Assembly (NCBI RefSeq): GCF_000012905.2
Contig: NC_009007.1
Span: 32,968-64,967, forward strand
DNA length: 32,000 bases
Reading direction: 5' to 3'
Source of the DNA: Cereibacter sphaeroides 2.4.1
Lineage (GTDB): Bacteria; Pseudomonadota; Alphaproteobacteria; Rhodobacterales; Rhodobacteraceae
Positions 8,357 to 16,231 of the stretch are shown in pieces. Numbering within the stretch: the first letter of the stretch is position 1; every line of letters begins with the position of its first letter. Position numbers and translations under genes: made by a program. The notes below the pieces were generated by a model that was given only the letters and a program-made list of their open reading frames with translations, had not been told where the DNA came from and did no database searches.

Positions 8357-9132
8357 CACTTCAGGATCGTGAACCCCTGCGCCTCGAAGACGGCCGCCGC
8401 CTCGGGCGCGCCGAGCCGCTCGAAGAAGGCCCGGTCGGCCGCATCCTCTGCCCCGGTCAGCAGCGCTGCCGGATAGACGATGGGCGGATGGCTCCCGGCC
8501 GGGAAGGTGCCCACCACGCTCACGCTCTCGTCCGCGGCGGCGTCGGTGGCATAGACGATGCCGTAGGGCGCCTCGCCCGAGGCCACGAGCGCGAGCGTCG
8601 CGCGCACATTGTCGGCCTGCGCCACGGAGGGGGCCACCGCGTCCCAGATCCCCAGCGTCTCGAGCGAGGCCTTGCCGTACTGGCCCGCGGGCACCGCATC
8701 GACCAGCGCCATGGCGAGCTTCTCTTCGCCGAGGAGCCCCTTGAGATCGAAGCCCGGCCCGATCTCGACCGGAGCGGCCCCCCGGCCGTGGGCCACGAGC
8801 ACGAGGCTGTTGCCCAGAAGATCGCGGCGGGTTCCCTCCGCCACGAGGCCCGCCTTCTCGACCTCGTCCATCCAGTTCACCGCGGCCGACAGGAAGAGAT
8901 CGGCCGGCGCCCCCTCGATGATCTGCTTGGCCAGCGCGTTCGAGCCCGCATAGGAGATCGTGACGCTGTTGCCGCTGGCCGCCTCATAGTCGGCCGCGAT
9001 CCGGTCGAGCGCGGTCTTGAGCGAGGCGGCGGCGAAGACCACAACCTCTTCGGCGGCCGCCGGCCGCGGCAGGGCGGCCGAGAGGACGAGGAGAAGGGCG
9101 AGCGCGGGGCGGCGCAGGGCGTGCAGATCCAT
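8356..9132 (-). CDS. modA: Molybdate ABC transporter periplasmic binding protein (258 aa)
   Basis: It starts MDLHALRRPALALLLVLSAALPRPAAAEEVVVFAAASL, a signal peptide followed by the ModA N-terminal motif, and contains YGIVYATDA. A GGAAAG SD is present. I prefer the start at 9132 over the track start at 9165. Confidence 0.88.
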   Translation of the reverse strand: MDLHALRRPALALLLVLSAALPRPAAAEEVVVFAAASLKTALDRIAADYEAASGNSVTISYAGSNALAKQIIEGAPADLFLSAAVNWMDEVEKAGLVAEGTRRDLLGNSLVLVAHGRGAAPVEIGPGFDLKGLLGEEKLAMALVDAVPAGQYGKASLETLGIWDAVAPSVAQADNVRATLALVASGEAPYGIVYATDAAADESVSVVGTFPAGSHPPIVYPAALLTGAEDAADRAFFERLGAPEAAAVFEAQGFTILK

Positions 9133-9187
9133 GGGCGAACTTTCCGAACCTCTGACTGTCGGCACGGGCGGTGCGCGCCCGGCCGAA

Positions 9188-9213
9188 CGTTATGTATTCG
9201 AACTACATATCAC
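9188..9213. promoter_or_regulatory. Mo-box (ModE/MopA-type operator) in the modA promoter
   Basis: CGTTATGTATTCGAACTACATATCAC contains the inverted repeat ATGTA-N7-TACAT. It is the only AT-rich island in the spacer. It lies 56 nt upstream of the modA ATG and overlaps a candidate -10. It resembles the E. coli ModE operator half-site CGTTATAT. Confidence 0.7.
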
Positions 9214-9666
9214 TCCGGGTGGCCGGGCGGCCGCAAGGGTTAATTTCTCGCCCCCCGGCCGGGGAGGCCCCGGGGCTCCGCGGAACGCCCTCGGGACGCG
9301 CGGCGCGCGGCACCGCTGCCCGCGGGCTCCGGGCGCTCCCCCGAGGCCGCCCGCAGGGGCCGGGCCCACCTCGCGCCGCGGGCCGCGCGGGCGCCGGGGT
9401 TCGGCGCTTCCCGTCGGCCCGGGCTGCGACGGCGGGCCGCAGCCTGCGCCGGAGGCTCCCACGCGGGCCGCGACTGGGCTCCGCCCGGCGAACGGGCATT
9501 CCGCCCAACCCTTGGGCGCTGCGCGAGAATCGGGGAAGGCGCGGGTCCGGAAGCGCCTTCCCGGAACGGCACGGGGCGCCACAAGGCGCCCCGGTCGAGG
9601 TCCGGGCGGCCGCCCGAGGAGGATCGGACCGTCCCCGCTGCGTGGGTCCCCGGGACCCGGGCGGGC

Positions 9667-9870
9667 TTACTTGCCGACCATCACATCGGAGGATTTGATG
9701 ATCGCACAGGCCTCGTCGCCCACCTTGAGCGCCAGATCCTCCACGGCCTCGTTGGTGATGGCCGCGGTGATGATGGTGCCGCCGACATCGATGCGGACAT
9801 GGCTCGTGACGGTGCCGGCGATCACATCGACCACTTTCCCCGAGAGCACGTTGCGGGCGCTGATTTTCAT
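9667..9870 (-). CDS. mop: Molbindin / Mop single-TOBE-domain molybdate-binding protein (67 aa)
   Basis: The sequence is MKISARNVLSGKVVDVIAGTVTSHVRIDVGGTIITAAITNEAVEDLALKVGDEACAIIKSSDVMVGK, a canonical TOBE/Mop sequence. A GGAAAGGAA SD sits just upstream of the ATG. Confidence 0.9.
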   Translation of the reverse strand: MKISARNVLSGKVVDVIAGTVTSHVRIDVGGTIITAAITNEAVEDLALKVGDEACAIIKSSDVMVGK

Positions 9871-10207
9871 GATGGTTCCTTTCCATGGACAGGCCGCGCT
9901 CCCGCGGCCGGGGGCGTGCCAGAAGCCCCTTTGCCGAAGCTGCGCCCGCGGGCGGGGGCCCGGCAACGGGGTCCGGGCGCGGCCTGCCGCCGCGGGCGCC
10001 GCCGCGAACGCTTCAAAAGCCGCGGAGGCCGCCCGCGGAATGCCTCTGGCGATCGGGTGGCCGCGCTCTCGCCGGGCAAACCCGGACAGCACCGGAGGAT
10101 GACCGTCCCGCAGAACGGAAGGCACGCGCCCGGCACGGCGGAGACCGCGCGGCCCCGGGCCTTCCCCCGGGCCGGAACGGGCGCCCTTCGGGGCCTTCCC
10201 CGACCGT

Positions 10208-11041
10208 TCAGGCGGGCTCCAGCGTCACCGCCACGTCCCGGGGCGGGGCCTGATAGGGCGCCGAGGTCACCAGCACCTGCGCCCCGGCCGCGGCATAGGC
10301 CGCCGCATTGCCCGGATGGATGCCGCCCGCCGCGGCGATCCGCACGGGGCGGCCCTCCAGCGCCCGCACCGCCTCGGCCACCGCCTCGGGCGGGAATTTC
10401 TCGAGCTGGATCACATCCGCCCCGCCCTCCGCCGCAGCCTCGGCCGCGGCGAGCGAGGTCACCTCGACCACGAGGTGCTTCTCGGGGCAGGCGGCACGCA
10501 GCCGCGCGAGCTGCGCCCGCAGGTCGCCCGCCGCGAAGGGGCTGTGCTCGGGAAAGAGCAGCACCGTGTCCGACAGCCCGGTGCGGTGCAGCGTGGCGCC
10601 CCCCGCCGTCACCGCCTTGAAGGCCAGCGCCCGCGTGCCAGGCACGGTCTTGCGGGTGCAGGCCACCACCGTGCCGGGCGCGCCCTCGGCCGCGGCCCGG
10701 ACGAGGGCCCCGGCCGCGGTGGCAAGCCCCGAGGCCCATTCCATCAGCGTCTGCGCCACCTTCCAGCCCGCGAAGAGCGCCTCGGCCGGGCCCTCGACGG
10801 CGAGGATCGGCGCCCCCGGCGCCCGCTCGGCGCCCGAGGGCGCCGCGATCTCGGCCCGGGCGCCCAGAAGCGCGAAGATCCGCGCCGCCTCCTCGACGCC
10901 CGCCAGCACCATCGGATCGCGCGCGGCCATCCGGAGCCGCCCGGGCGCGGGCCCGATGCCGAGCGCCCGGCTGGTCAGGTCGCCATGGGGCAGGTCTTCC
11001 TGCAGGAGCGCGAGGAGCGCGCGGTCGTCGAGAAGAAACAT
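10208..11041 (-). CDS. modD: ModD protein (quinolinate phosphoribosyltransferase-like, molybdenum transport associated; 277 aa)
   Basis: It starts MFLLDDRALLALLQEDLPHGDLTSRAL and contains VACTRKTVPGTRAL, HR, and VVEVTSLAAAEAA, which is a ModD/NadC-like fold. I prefer the ATG at 11041. The track start at 11059 is a GTG preceded by a CU-rich tract. Confidence 0.8.
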   Translation of the reverse strand: MFLLDDRALLALLQEDLPHGDLTSRALGIGPAPGRLRMAARDPMVLAGVEEAARIFALLGARAEIAAPSGAERAPGAPILAVEGPAEALFAGWKVAQTLMEWASGLATAAGALVRAAAEGAPGTVVACTRKTVPGTRALAFKAVTAGGATLHRTGLSDTVLLFPEHSPFAAGDLRAQLARLRAACPEKHLVVEVTSLAAAEAAAEGGADVIQLEKFPPEAVAEAVRALEGRPVRIAAAGGIHPGNAAAYAAAGAQVLVTSAPYQAPPRDVAVTLEPA

Positions 11042-11080
11042 GGGAACGGGTCCTGTCACGGGAAGGGAAGGGGGCGGCCC

Positions 11081-11869
11081 TCAGGGCAGCGCCACGATCA
11101 CATGGCTCGCCTTCACGAGCGCGGTCGCCCGGTCGCCCGGCTGCAGCGCCAGCGTCTCGGCGCTCTCGCGGGTGATGGTGGCGGCGAGCGTCTTGCCGCC
11201 GCCCAGATCCAGCACGATCTCGCTGTTCACCTGCCCGTCGGTGCGGCTGGCGACCGTGCCGCCCAGACGGTTGCGCACCGAGAGCTGCGCGAGTTCGTCG
11301 CCGCGGGCGAGGATCACGAAGCTCGACTTGACCAGCGCGAAGACCTCGGCGCCGGGACTGAGGCCCATGTCGGCCAGGCTGCGCTCGGTGATGACGGCGG
11401 TGAGGATCTGGCCGCCGCCGAGATCCATCTGCACTTCGGCGCTCACCTCGCCCTGGGTCAGGGCGGTCACGGTGCAGCGGTAGACGTTGCGGGCCGAGGT
11501 CTTCATCATCAGGCTCCAGAGAATGTCGGCGGGATGGAGGGCCAGGCGGGTCTCGAGGGTGGACAGAACGCGCGAGAGCCCGTCCTCGATGGCGGCGAAG
11601 GCCGCGATCACCTGCTCGCCCTCGGGCGTGACGAGGGCGCCGCCGCCCGTCCGTCCGCCGGGCGCCGCGGTGACGACGGGGCGGGCGAAGAGGTTGTTCA
11701 TCGCCTGCACCGCATCCCAGGCCGCCTTGTAGGACAGGCCCACCTCGCGCGCCGCCGCCGCGATCGAGCCCGTGCGCCCGATGGCTGCGAGCAGCGCCAC
11801 CCGCTCCGCCCCCATCCGCGCCTGTCCCGGCCGCTCGACCGTCAGCGCCCCCCTCAGTCCCTCCGGCAT
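11081..11869 (-). CDS. modE: Molybdate-dependent transcriptional regulator (ModE / MopA-MopB type: helix-turn-helix plus two TOBE domains; 262 aa)
   Basis: It starts MPEGLRGALTVERPGQARMGAERVALLAAIGRTGSIAAAAREVGLSYKAAWDAVQAMNNL and carries two MKTSARN/VKSS-type TOBE repeats. A GGAGG SD lies 7 nt upstream of the ATG at 11869. The longer track start at 11899 falls inside the Mo-box. Confidence 0.88.
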   Translation of the reverse strand: MPEGLRGALTVERPGQARMGAERVALLAAIGRTGSIAAAAREVGLSYKAAWDAVQAMNNLFARPVVTAAPGGRTGGGALVTPEGEQVIAAFAAIEDGLSRVLSTLETRLALHPADILWSLMMKTSARNVYRCTVTALTQGEVSAEVQMDLGGGQILTAVITERSLADMGLSPGAEVFALVKSSFVILARGDELAQLSVRNRLGGTVASRTDGQVNSEIVLDLGGGKTLAATITRESAETLALQPGDRATALVKASHVIVALP

Positions 11870-11878
11870 CGGCCCCTC

Positions 11879-11903
11879 CGATATATATGCTGAATGCATA
11901 ACG
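11879..11903. promoter_or_regulatory. Second Mo-box, immediately upstream of modE (autoregulation candidate)
   Basis: The minus strand reads CGTTATGCATTCAGCATATATATCG. It aligns with the modA box CGTTATGTATTCGAACTACATATCAC through a shared CGTTATG.ATTC...A.ATATC pattern. It is directly followed by the modE SD. Confidence 0.6.
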
Positions 11904-11977
11904 ACCTTAGCGCGCCCCGCGCGGGGGCTCCAGTGCTCCGGTCGCGGCGGGAGCGGCGGTCCTGCGGCGGGCCGGGG

Positions 11978-12682
11978 TCAGCCCTCGGCCGCCTCCGGGG
12001 CCGGCGGCAGGCCCATGGCGGCGCAGATCGTGGCCAGATGGGTGGCCATTGCGCGGTGCGCGGCCGGCCCGTCGCCCGCGGCGATGGCCTCGACCACCCG
12101 GGCATGCTGGTCGACATGGGCATGGGTGAATTCCTCGACCCCCACCCGGCGGTAGGTCCGGTCCCATTCCCGCTGCCAGACCGCCCGGCAGCGCGCGCCC
12201 GAGAAATGCCGCAGGAGCGCGATCAGCAGCGGATTGCGCGCCACCTCGGCGATGGCGCGGTGGAAGGCGTCGTCGGCCCGCTCGCAGGCGGCCCGGTCGC
12301 GCGCGGCCCGCCCCTCGGCCAGCCGCCGCCGCAGGAGCGCCACATCCTCGGCGCTCCGCCGCGCCGCGGCCGCCGCCGCCACCGGCGGCTCGAGCAGCAG
12401 CCGCGCATCCATCAGATCGGCGGGCGTCGCCGCCTCGAGCAGCAGCGCATCCCGCACCGGCCGGCCGAGCGGCGCCCGGCCGCGGAAGGTGCCCTGTCCC
12501 ACATGGCGCCAGATCCGCCCCTCGGCCTCGAGCGCGGCCAGCGCCGTCCGGAGCGTCTCGCGGCTGCAGCCCACCAGATCCTTGAGCGCGCGCTCGGGCG
12601 GCAGCCGGTCGCCCGCGGCCGGGGCCCGCTCCTCGAGGATCCGCCAGAGCCGGTCCCGCGCCTCCTGCCGTCCCATCCGCAT
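11978..12682 (-). CDS. GntR-family regulator with an FCD (FadR C-terminal) domain (234 aa)
   Basis: It starts MRMGRQEARDRLWRILEERAPAAGDRLPPERALKDLVGCSRETLRTALAALEAEGRIWRHVGQGTF and contains the FCD motif DDAFHRAIAEVARNPLL. This is the 3' part of the 348-aa track ORF. Confidence 0.8.
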   Translation of the reverse strand: MRMGRQEARDRLWRILEERAPAAGDRLPPERALKDLVGCSRETLRTALAALEAEGRIWRHVGQGTFRGRAPLGRPVRDALLLEAATPADLMDARLLLEPPVAAAAAARRSAEDVALLRRRLAEGRAARDRAACERADDAFHRAIAEVARNPLLIALLRHFSGARCRAVWQREWDRTYRRVGVEEFTHAHVDQHARVVEAIAAGDGPAAHRAMATHLATICAAMGLPPAPEAAEG

Positions 12683-12872
12683 CGCGCCCCTCCGTCCGGA
12701 CCAATTTGCAGACCAATCCCGCGGCGTGACAAGAGACGTTCGTCCGCTCCCGTTCGATCCCGCCCTCTCGCTTCCCGCGCCGGCCCATCCGCTCCCGCCC
12801 CGCCTGATCCTGCCCCGCCTGATCCTGCCCCGGCCGCGCCCGGCCCATCCCGATCCCCTCCGGAGGTTCTCC

Positions 12873-13622
12873 ATGCTCGCCATCGCCCTCCTCACCCTGA
12901 CAGGCCTTCTCGCCGGAGCCCTCAATGCCGTGGCGGGCGGCGGCACCTTCCTCAGCTTTCCCGCCCTCGTCTGGCTCGGCGTGCCGCCGGTCATGGCCAA
13001 TGCGACGGCGACCCTCACGGCCATGCCGGGCTATGTGGGCAGCGCCTGGGCCTTCCGGCGCGAGCTGCAGGCGGAAGGGGCGCTCGGGCTCCGCGCCATC
13101 CTCGGCGTCTCGGCCCTGGGCGGGCTCGTGGGGGCGGGGCTCCTCCTCGTCACGCCGGGCGAGGCCTTCACGGGGATCGTGCCCTGGCTCCTGCTGGCCG
13201 CGACCCTCCTCTTTGCGGCGGGACCGCGGCTGCTGGCGGCGATCCGGGCGCGGGGACAAGGCGGGGTAGGACCGCTTCCCGCGGCCCTCGCGCTCTGCGC
13301 GGTCGCGGTCTACGGCGGCTATTTCAACGGCGGGCTCGGGATCATGCTGCTCGCGGTGCTGGGCCTCGTGGGCTTCACCGACCTGCATGCGATGAACGGG
13401 CTGAAGAACCTGCTCTCGGCGCTCCTGTCGGTGATCTCGGTGGCGACCTTCGCCTCGGCCGGGCTGATCGCCTGGGACAAGGCGCTGGTGCTGGCGGCGG
13501 CCACGGCGGTGGGCGGCTATGCGGGCGCGCATCTGGCGCGCAGGATCCGCCGGACGGGCCCGCTGCGCCTCGCCATCGTCGCGGTGGGGGCGGCCATGAC
13601 GGTGGCCTTCTTCCTGGCCTGA
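12873..13622 (+). CDS. TauE/SafE-family (DUF81) anion/sulfite exporter membrane protein (249 aa)
   Basis: It starts MLAIALLTLTGLLAGALNAVAGGGTFLSFPALVWLGVPPVMANATATL and contains GGYFNGGLGIMLL, both typical of TauE. A CGGAGG SD lies 7 nt before the ATG at 12873. Confidence 0.8.
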   Translation: MLAIALLTLTGLLAGALNAVAGGGTFLSFPALVWLGVPPVMANATATLTAMPGYVGSAWAFRRELQAEGALGLRAILGVSALGGLVGAGLLLVTPGEAFTGIVPWLLLAATLLFAAGPRLLAAIRARGQGGVGPLPAALALCAVAVYGGYFNGGLGIMLLAVLGLVGFTDLHAMNGLKNLLSALLSVISVATFASAGLIAWDKALVLAAATAVGGYAGAHLARRIRRTGPLRLAIVAVGAAMTVAFFLA

Positions 13623-13661
13623 GCCTGCCGCGACCCGCTCCGGGGCCGCGGCAGGGAGCCG

Positions 13662-14522
13662 TCAGGCGCGCAGCGCGTGGAGGCGCAGCGCGGCACCGCC
13701 CGCATAGTCGGCCGCCTCCCAGCCCGCCCAGGCGCCGTGGTGCTCGACCGAGCAGAGGATCTGCATCGGCGTCTCCATCTCCCAGGTGGCGCCGGGCACG
13801 TCGGCCGGGGTGAAGCGCGCGACCTGCGCCCCGTCGATCCGGAAGGTCACGGCCCCAGCATCCTGGGCGATCTCGTAGCGGTGGACGCCCGCCGCGAGCG
13901 GCACCAGCACCTTCTCGGACGAGACCGTGCCCCCGCCCGCCTTCGGCATGTGGATGCCCACCGCCCAGACCGGCTGGCCGTCCTTCTTGATCAGCTCGAA
14001 GTCGAACTCGCGGGCCGTCCGGGCATAGGTGAAGAAGGCGCAGACGGCGCCCGGATCGACCACCTCGAGCAGTGCGCCCCAGGGACCGGTGGTTGGGGCG
14101 GGCCGGTTGAGCTGCAGCACGCCCGAGCGCGGCGGGGTGCCGTCCACATGTTTCAGGAGCACCGATCCCGCGCTCTCCCACTGGCAGAGCGAGGGATCGC
14201 CCATCGTGCCCGCGCCGCCGAGCCAGGTGGTCATGATGAGCTCGTCCACCGCCCAGTCGGCCGCATCCCCGCGGGCGCGGCGGAAATCGCCCGCGCGCCG
14301 GTAGCCCGTGGGCAGGGTCACCGGATCGGGGCTGCCGTCGGGCCCGGAGGCGCCGGTCGCGGCCAGCGCCACGGCCATGGCCGACAGCCGGTCCTCGAGC
14401 GCCGAGACCCGCACCGTGACGGGGAGGAGATCGGCCGGGGTGCCGGCGGGCGCGGCCTCGAGCGCCGCAAGGCGGGCCGAAAGCCCGTCGAGAAGGGGGG
14501 TGAGGTCGGGATCGATGGCCAT
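13662..14522 (-). CDS. Hypothetical protein: Ala-rich coiled N-terminal region plus a GH16/concanavalin-like beta-sandwich domain (286 aa)
   Basis: There is a strong GAAGGAGAG SD and no signal peptide (MAIDPDLTPLLDGLSARLAALEAAP...). The C-terminal part contains FFTYARTAREFDFELIKK, which matches the ExDxE catalytic motif of GH16 (compare DEIDFEFLG). It also has the GH16-like strand YEIAQDAGAVTFRIDGAQVARF. Confidence 0.6.
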   Translation of the reverse strand: MAIDPDLTPLLDGLSARLAALEAAPAGTPADLLPVTVRVSALEDRLSAMAVALAATGASGPDGSPDPVTLPTGYRRAGDFRRARGDAADWAVDELIMTTWLGGAGTMGDPSLCQWESAGSVLLKHVDGTPPRSGVLQLNRPAPTTGPWGALLEVVDPGAVCAFFTYARTAREFDFELIKKDGQPVWAVGIHMPKAGGGTVSSEKVLVPLAAGVHRYEIAQDAGAVTFRIDGAQVARFTPADVPGATWEMETPMQILCSVEHHGAWAGWEAADYAGGAALRLHALRA

Positions 14523-14930
14523 GAAACTCTCCTTCGGAATGGATGGTCGGCCCCGCGACGGCGGGCTCCGTCGAGGCGCCTCGAGCGGCGGTGCGGGGCA
14601 GGGCGGCCCGCTCCCCGGGACGGGGCCGGACCGGCAGGGCAGAAGGAACCACGGGGGACGCTAAGCCCCGCTGAAGCCGGCGCACGCTGCCTCCGCCGGG
14701 CCCGCCCGGGATCCCGCTCATTTTGCACAAATGAGAAGGAGGACCCGCCCCGGCGACGGGGTCGCGTTAGCGGATCCTTCACCGGGTTCGGGCAAGCCTC
14801 ACGGGGCGCATCTCCCGAGGCGGCGTGGCAGCGGCAGGGCCGCGAACCACGGGGTCAGAACGACTCGACGCGCCGCAGTTGCTGCGGCGGAACCCAATGA
14901 CGCCGAGCGTCCATTCGAAAGGTGACAGCA

Positions 14931-15776
14931 ATGTCCAGCATTCTGACCAACACCAGCGCCATGGTTGCGCTGCAGACCCTGCGCAGCATCAACAGCGGCC
15001 TCGCCAAGACACAGGACGAGGTCTCGACCGGCAAGGCCGTGGGCTCGGCCAAGGACAATGCCGCGATCTGGTCGATCGCCAAGGTGATGGAGACCGACGC
15101 CTCGAGCTTCAAGGTCATCGGCGACCAGCTGGCCGTGGCCGAATCGACCCTCGCCGTGGGCGTGACCGGTGCCGAACAGGTGGTCAGCCTTCTCAAGGAG
15201 ATGAAGGATCTGGCCGCGGGCGCGGCCAACGACACGGCCGATTTCGCCAAGGTGCAGGCCGCCATCACCGCCAAGAGCGACCAGATCACCGCCGTCATCA
15301 ACGGCTCGCAGCTCAACGGGATCGCCCTGCTGAAGACCGACATCAACGGGTCGGGCGGCACCGCCTACGACGTGCTGGCCTCGCTCGACCGCACCAGCGG
15401 CACGGTGGCCACCAGCGCCGTCTCGATCACCGTGGCCGGCCCCGACTTCGAGGCCAACGTCAATGCGGCCGGCGTCACCGCCGTGGCCGACAAGGCCTCC
15501 GCCCTGACGGCGGTGGGCGAGATCGAGGCGCTGATCGACACCGCGATCCAGGGCGCCGCCACCCTCGGCGCCGCCGCCTCGCGCGTGACCGACCAGAAGG
15601 GCTTCGTGAGCAAGCTCGTCGACTCGCTCAAGAACGGGATCGGCTCGATGGTCGATGCCGACATGGAGGCGGCCTCGGCCAAGCTGCAGGCGCTTCAGGT
15701 CCAGCAGCAGCTGGCCACCCAGTCGCTGTCGATCGCCAACCAGGCGCCGCAGAACATCCTGACGCTGTTCAAGTGA
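14931..15776 (+). CDS. Flagellin, alphaproteobacterial type (281 aa)
   Basis: It starts MSSILTNTSAMVALQTLRSINSGLAKTQDEVSTGK and ends LQALQVQQQLATQSLSIANQAPQNILTLFK. These are the conserved flagellin N- and C-terminal domains. I prefer the ATG at 14931 with a GAAAGG SD over the track GTG at 14922. Confidence 0.9.
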   Translation: MSSILTNTSAMVALQTLRSINSGLAKTQDEVSTGKAVGSAKDNAAIWSIAKVMETDASSFKVIGDQLAVAESTLAVGVTGAEQVVSLLKEMKDLAAGAANDTADFAKVQAAITAKSDQITAVINGSQLNGIALLKTDINGSGGTAYDVLASLDRTSGTVATSAVSITVAGPDFEANVNAAGVTAVADKASALTAVGEIEALIDTAIQGAATLGAAASRVTDQKGFVSKLVDSLKNGIGSMVDADMEAASAKLQALQVQQQLATQSLSIANQAPQNILTLFK

Positions 15777-15786
15777 GCCCGCCGGG

Positions 15787-15805
15787 CCGGAGCCTCGCGC
15801 TCCGG
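15787..15805 (+). terminator. Hairpin between flagellin and flaF (attenuator or terminator candidate)
   Basis: CCGGAGC-ctcgc-GCTCCGG forms a 7-bp stem. It starts 11 nt after the flagellin stop. Confidence 0.45.
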
Positions 15806-15850
15806 TCCCCCCGGTAGAGCAAGACGCTCCCTGACACGGAAGGACAGAAC

Positions 15851-16231
15851 GTGAATGCTTCCACGATGGCCCGAACCGCCTACAGCGCGGCGCGCCAGGG
15901 TTCGGCCCGCACGCCGCGCTCGACCGAATATGCGCTTCTGGCCAAGGTCACAGCCCTCCTGAAGGAGACCGACCGCCACGACGCCCTGGCCTTTCCCGCC
16001 CTCGCCCAGGCGATCGAGCAGAACCGCAAGCTCTGGCTGCGCTTCGCCCTCGATGTGGCGCATCCCGACAACGAGCTTCCGCGCGATCTGCGGGCGCGGA
16101 TCTTCTATCTCTACGAGATCGTCCAGCAGCATTCCGCGCGGGTACTGGCACACCGGGCCGACACCGGCCTGCTCGTCGACATCAACAGGGCGGTGATGCG
16201 CGGGCTCGCCGGACAGGGAGGCGGATCATGA
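15851..16231 (+). CDS. flaF: Flagellar biosynthesis regulator FlaF (126 aa)
   Basis: It uses a GTG start with a GGAAGGA SD. The sequence contains YSAARQGSARTPRSTEYALLAKVTALL...NRKLWLRFALDVAHPDNELP...RARIFYLYEIV, which is the FlaF family pattern. flbT lies directly downstream. Confidence 0.85.
   Translation: MNASTMARTAYSAARQGSARTPRSTEYALLAKVTALLKETDRHDALAFPALAQAIEQNRKLWLRFALDVAHPDNELPRDLRARIFYLYEIVQQHSARVLAHRADTGLLVDINRAVMRGLAGQGGGS

Noticed and set aside
12797-12833. Tandem 15-bp repeat as a possible CRISPR or minisatellite array
   Set aside because: There are only about 2.4 directly adjacent copies with no spacers, and no cas genes are present. It is a simple tandem duplication in a promoter region.
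9017-13813. Several long overlapping ORFs (for example 9017..10102 +, 9867..10739 -, 10316..11893 +, 11894..13813 +, 11907..13532 -)
   Set aside because: All are dominated by Arg/Pro/Gly/Ala runs and overlap genes with recognisable families on the other strand or in another frame. These are typical high-GC open-frame artefacts.
14731-14925. 64-aa ORF upstream of flagellin, preceded by AAGGAGGA-like sequence
   Set aside because: The AAGGAGGA lies downstream of its ATG (14731), not upstream. The product is Arg/Gly/Pro-rich with no family resemblance, so it is more likely untranslated leader or promoter DNA.
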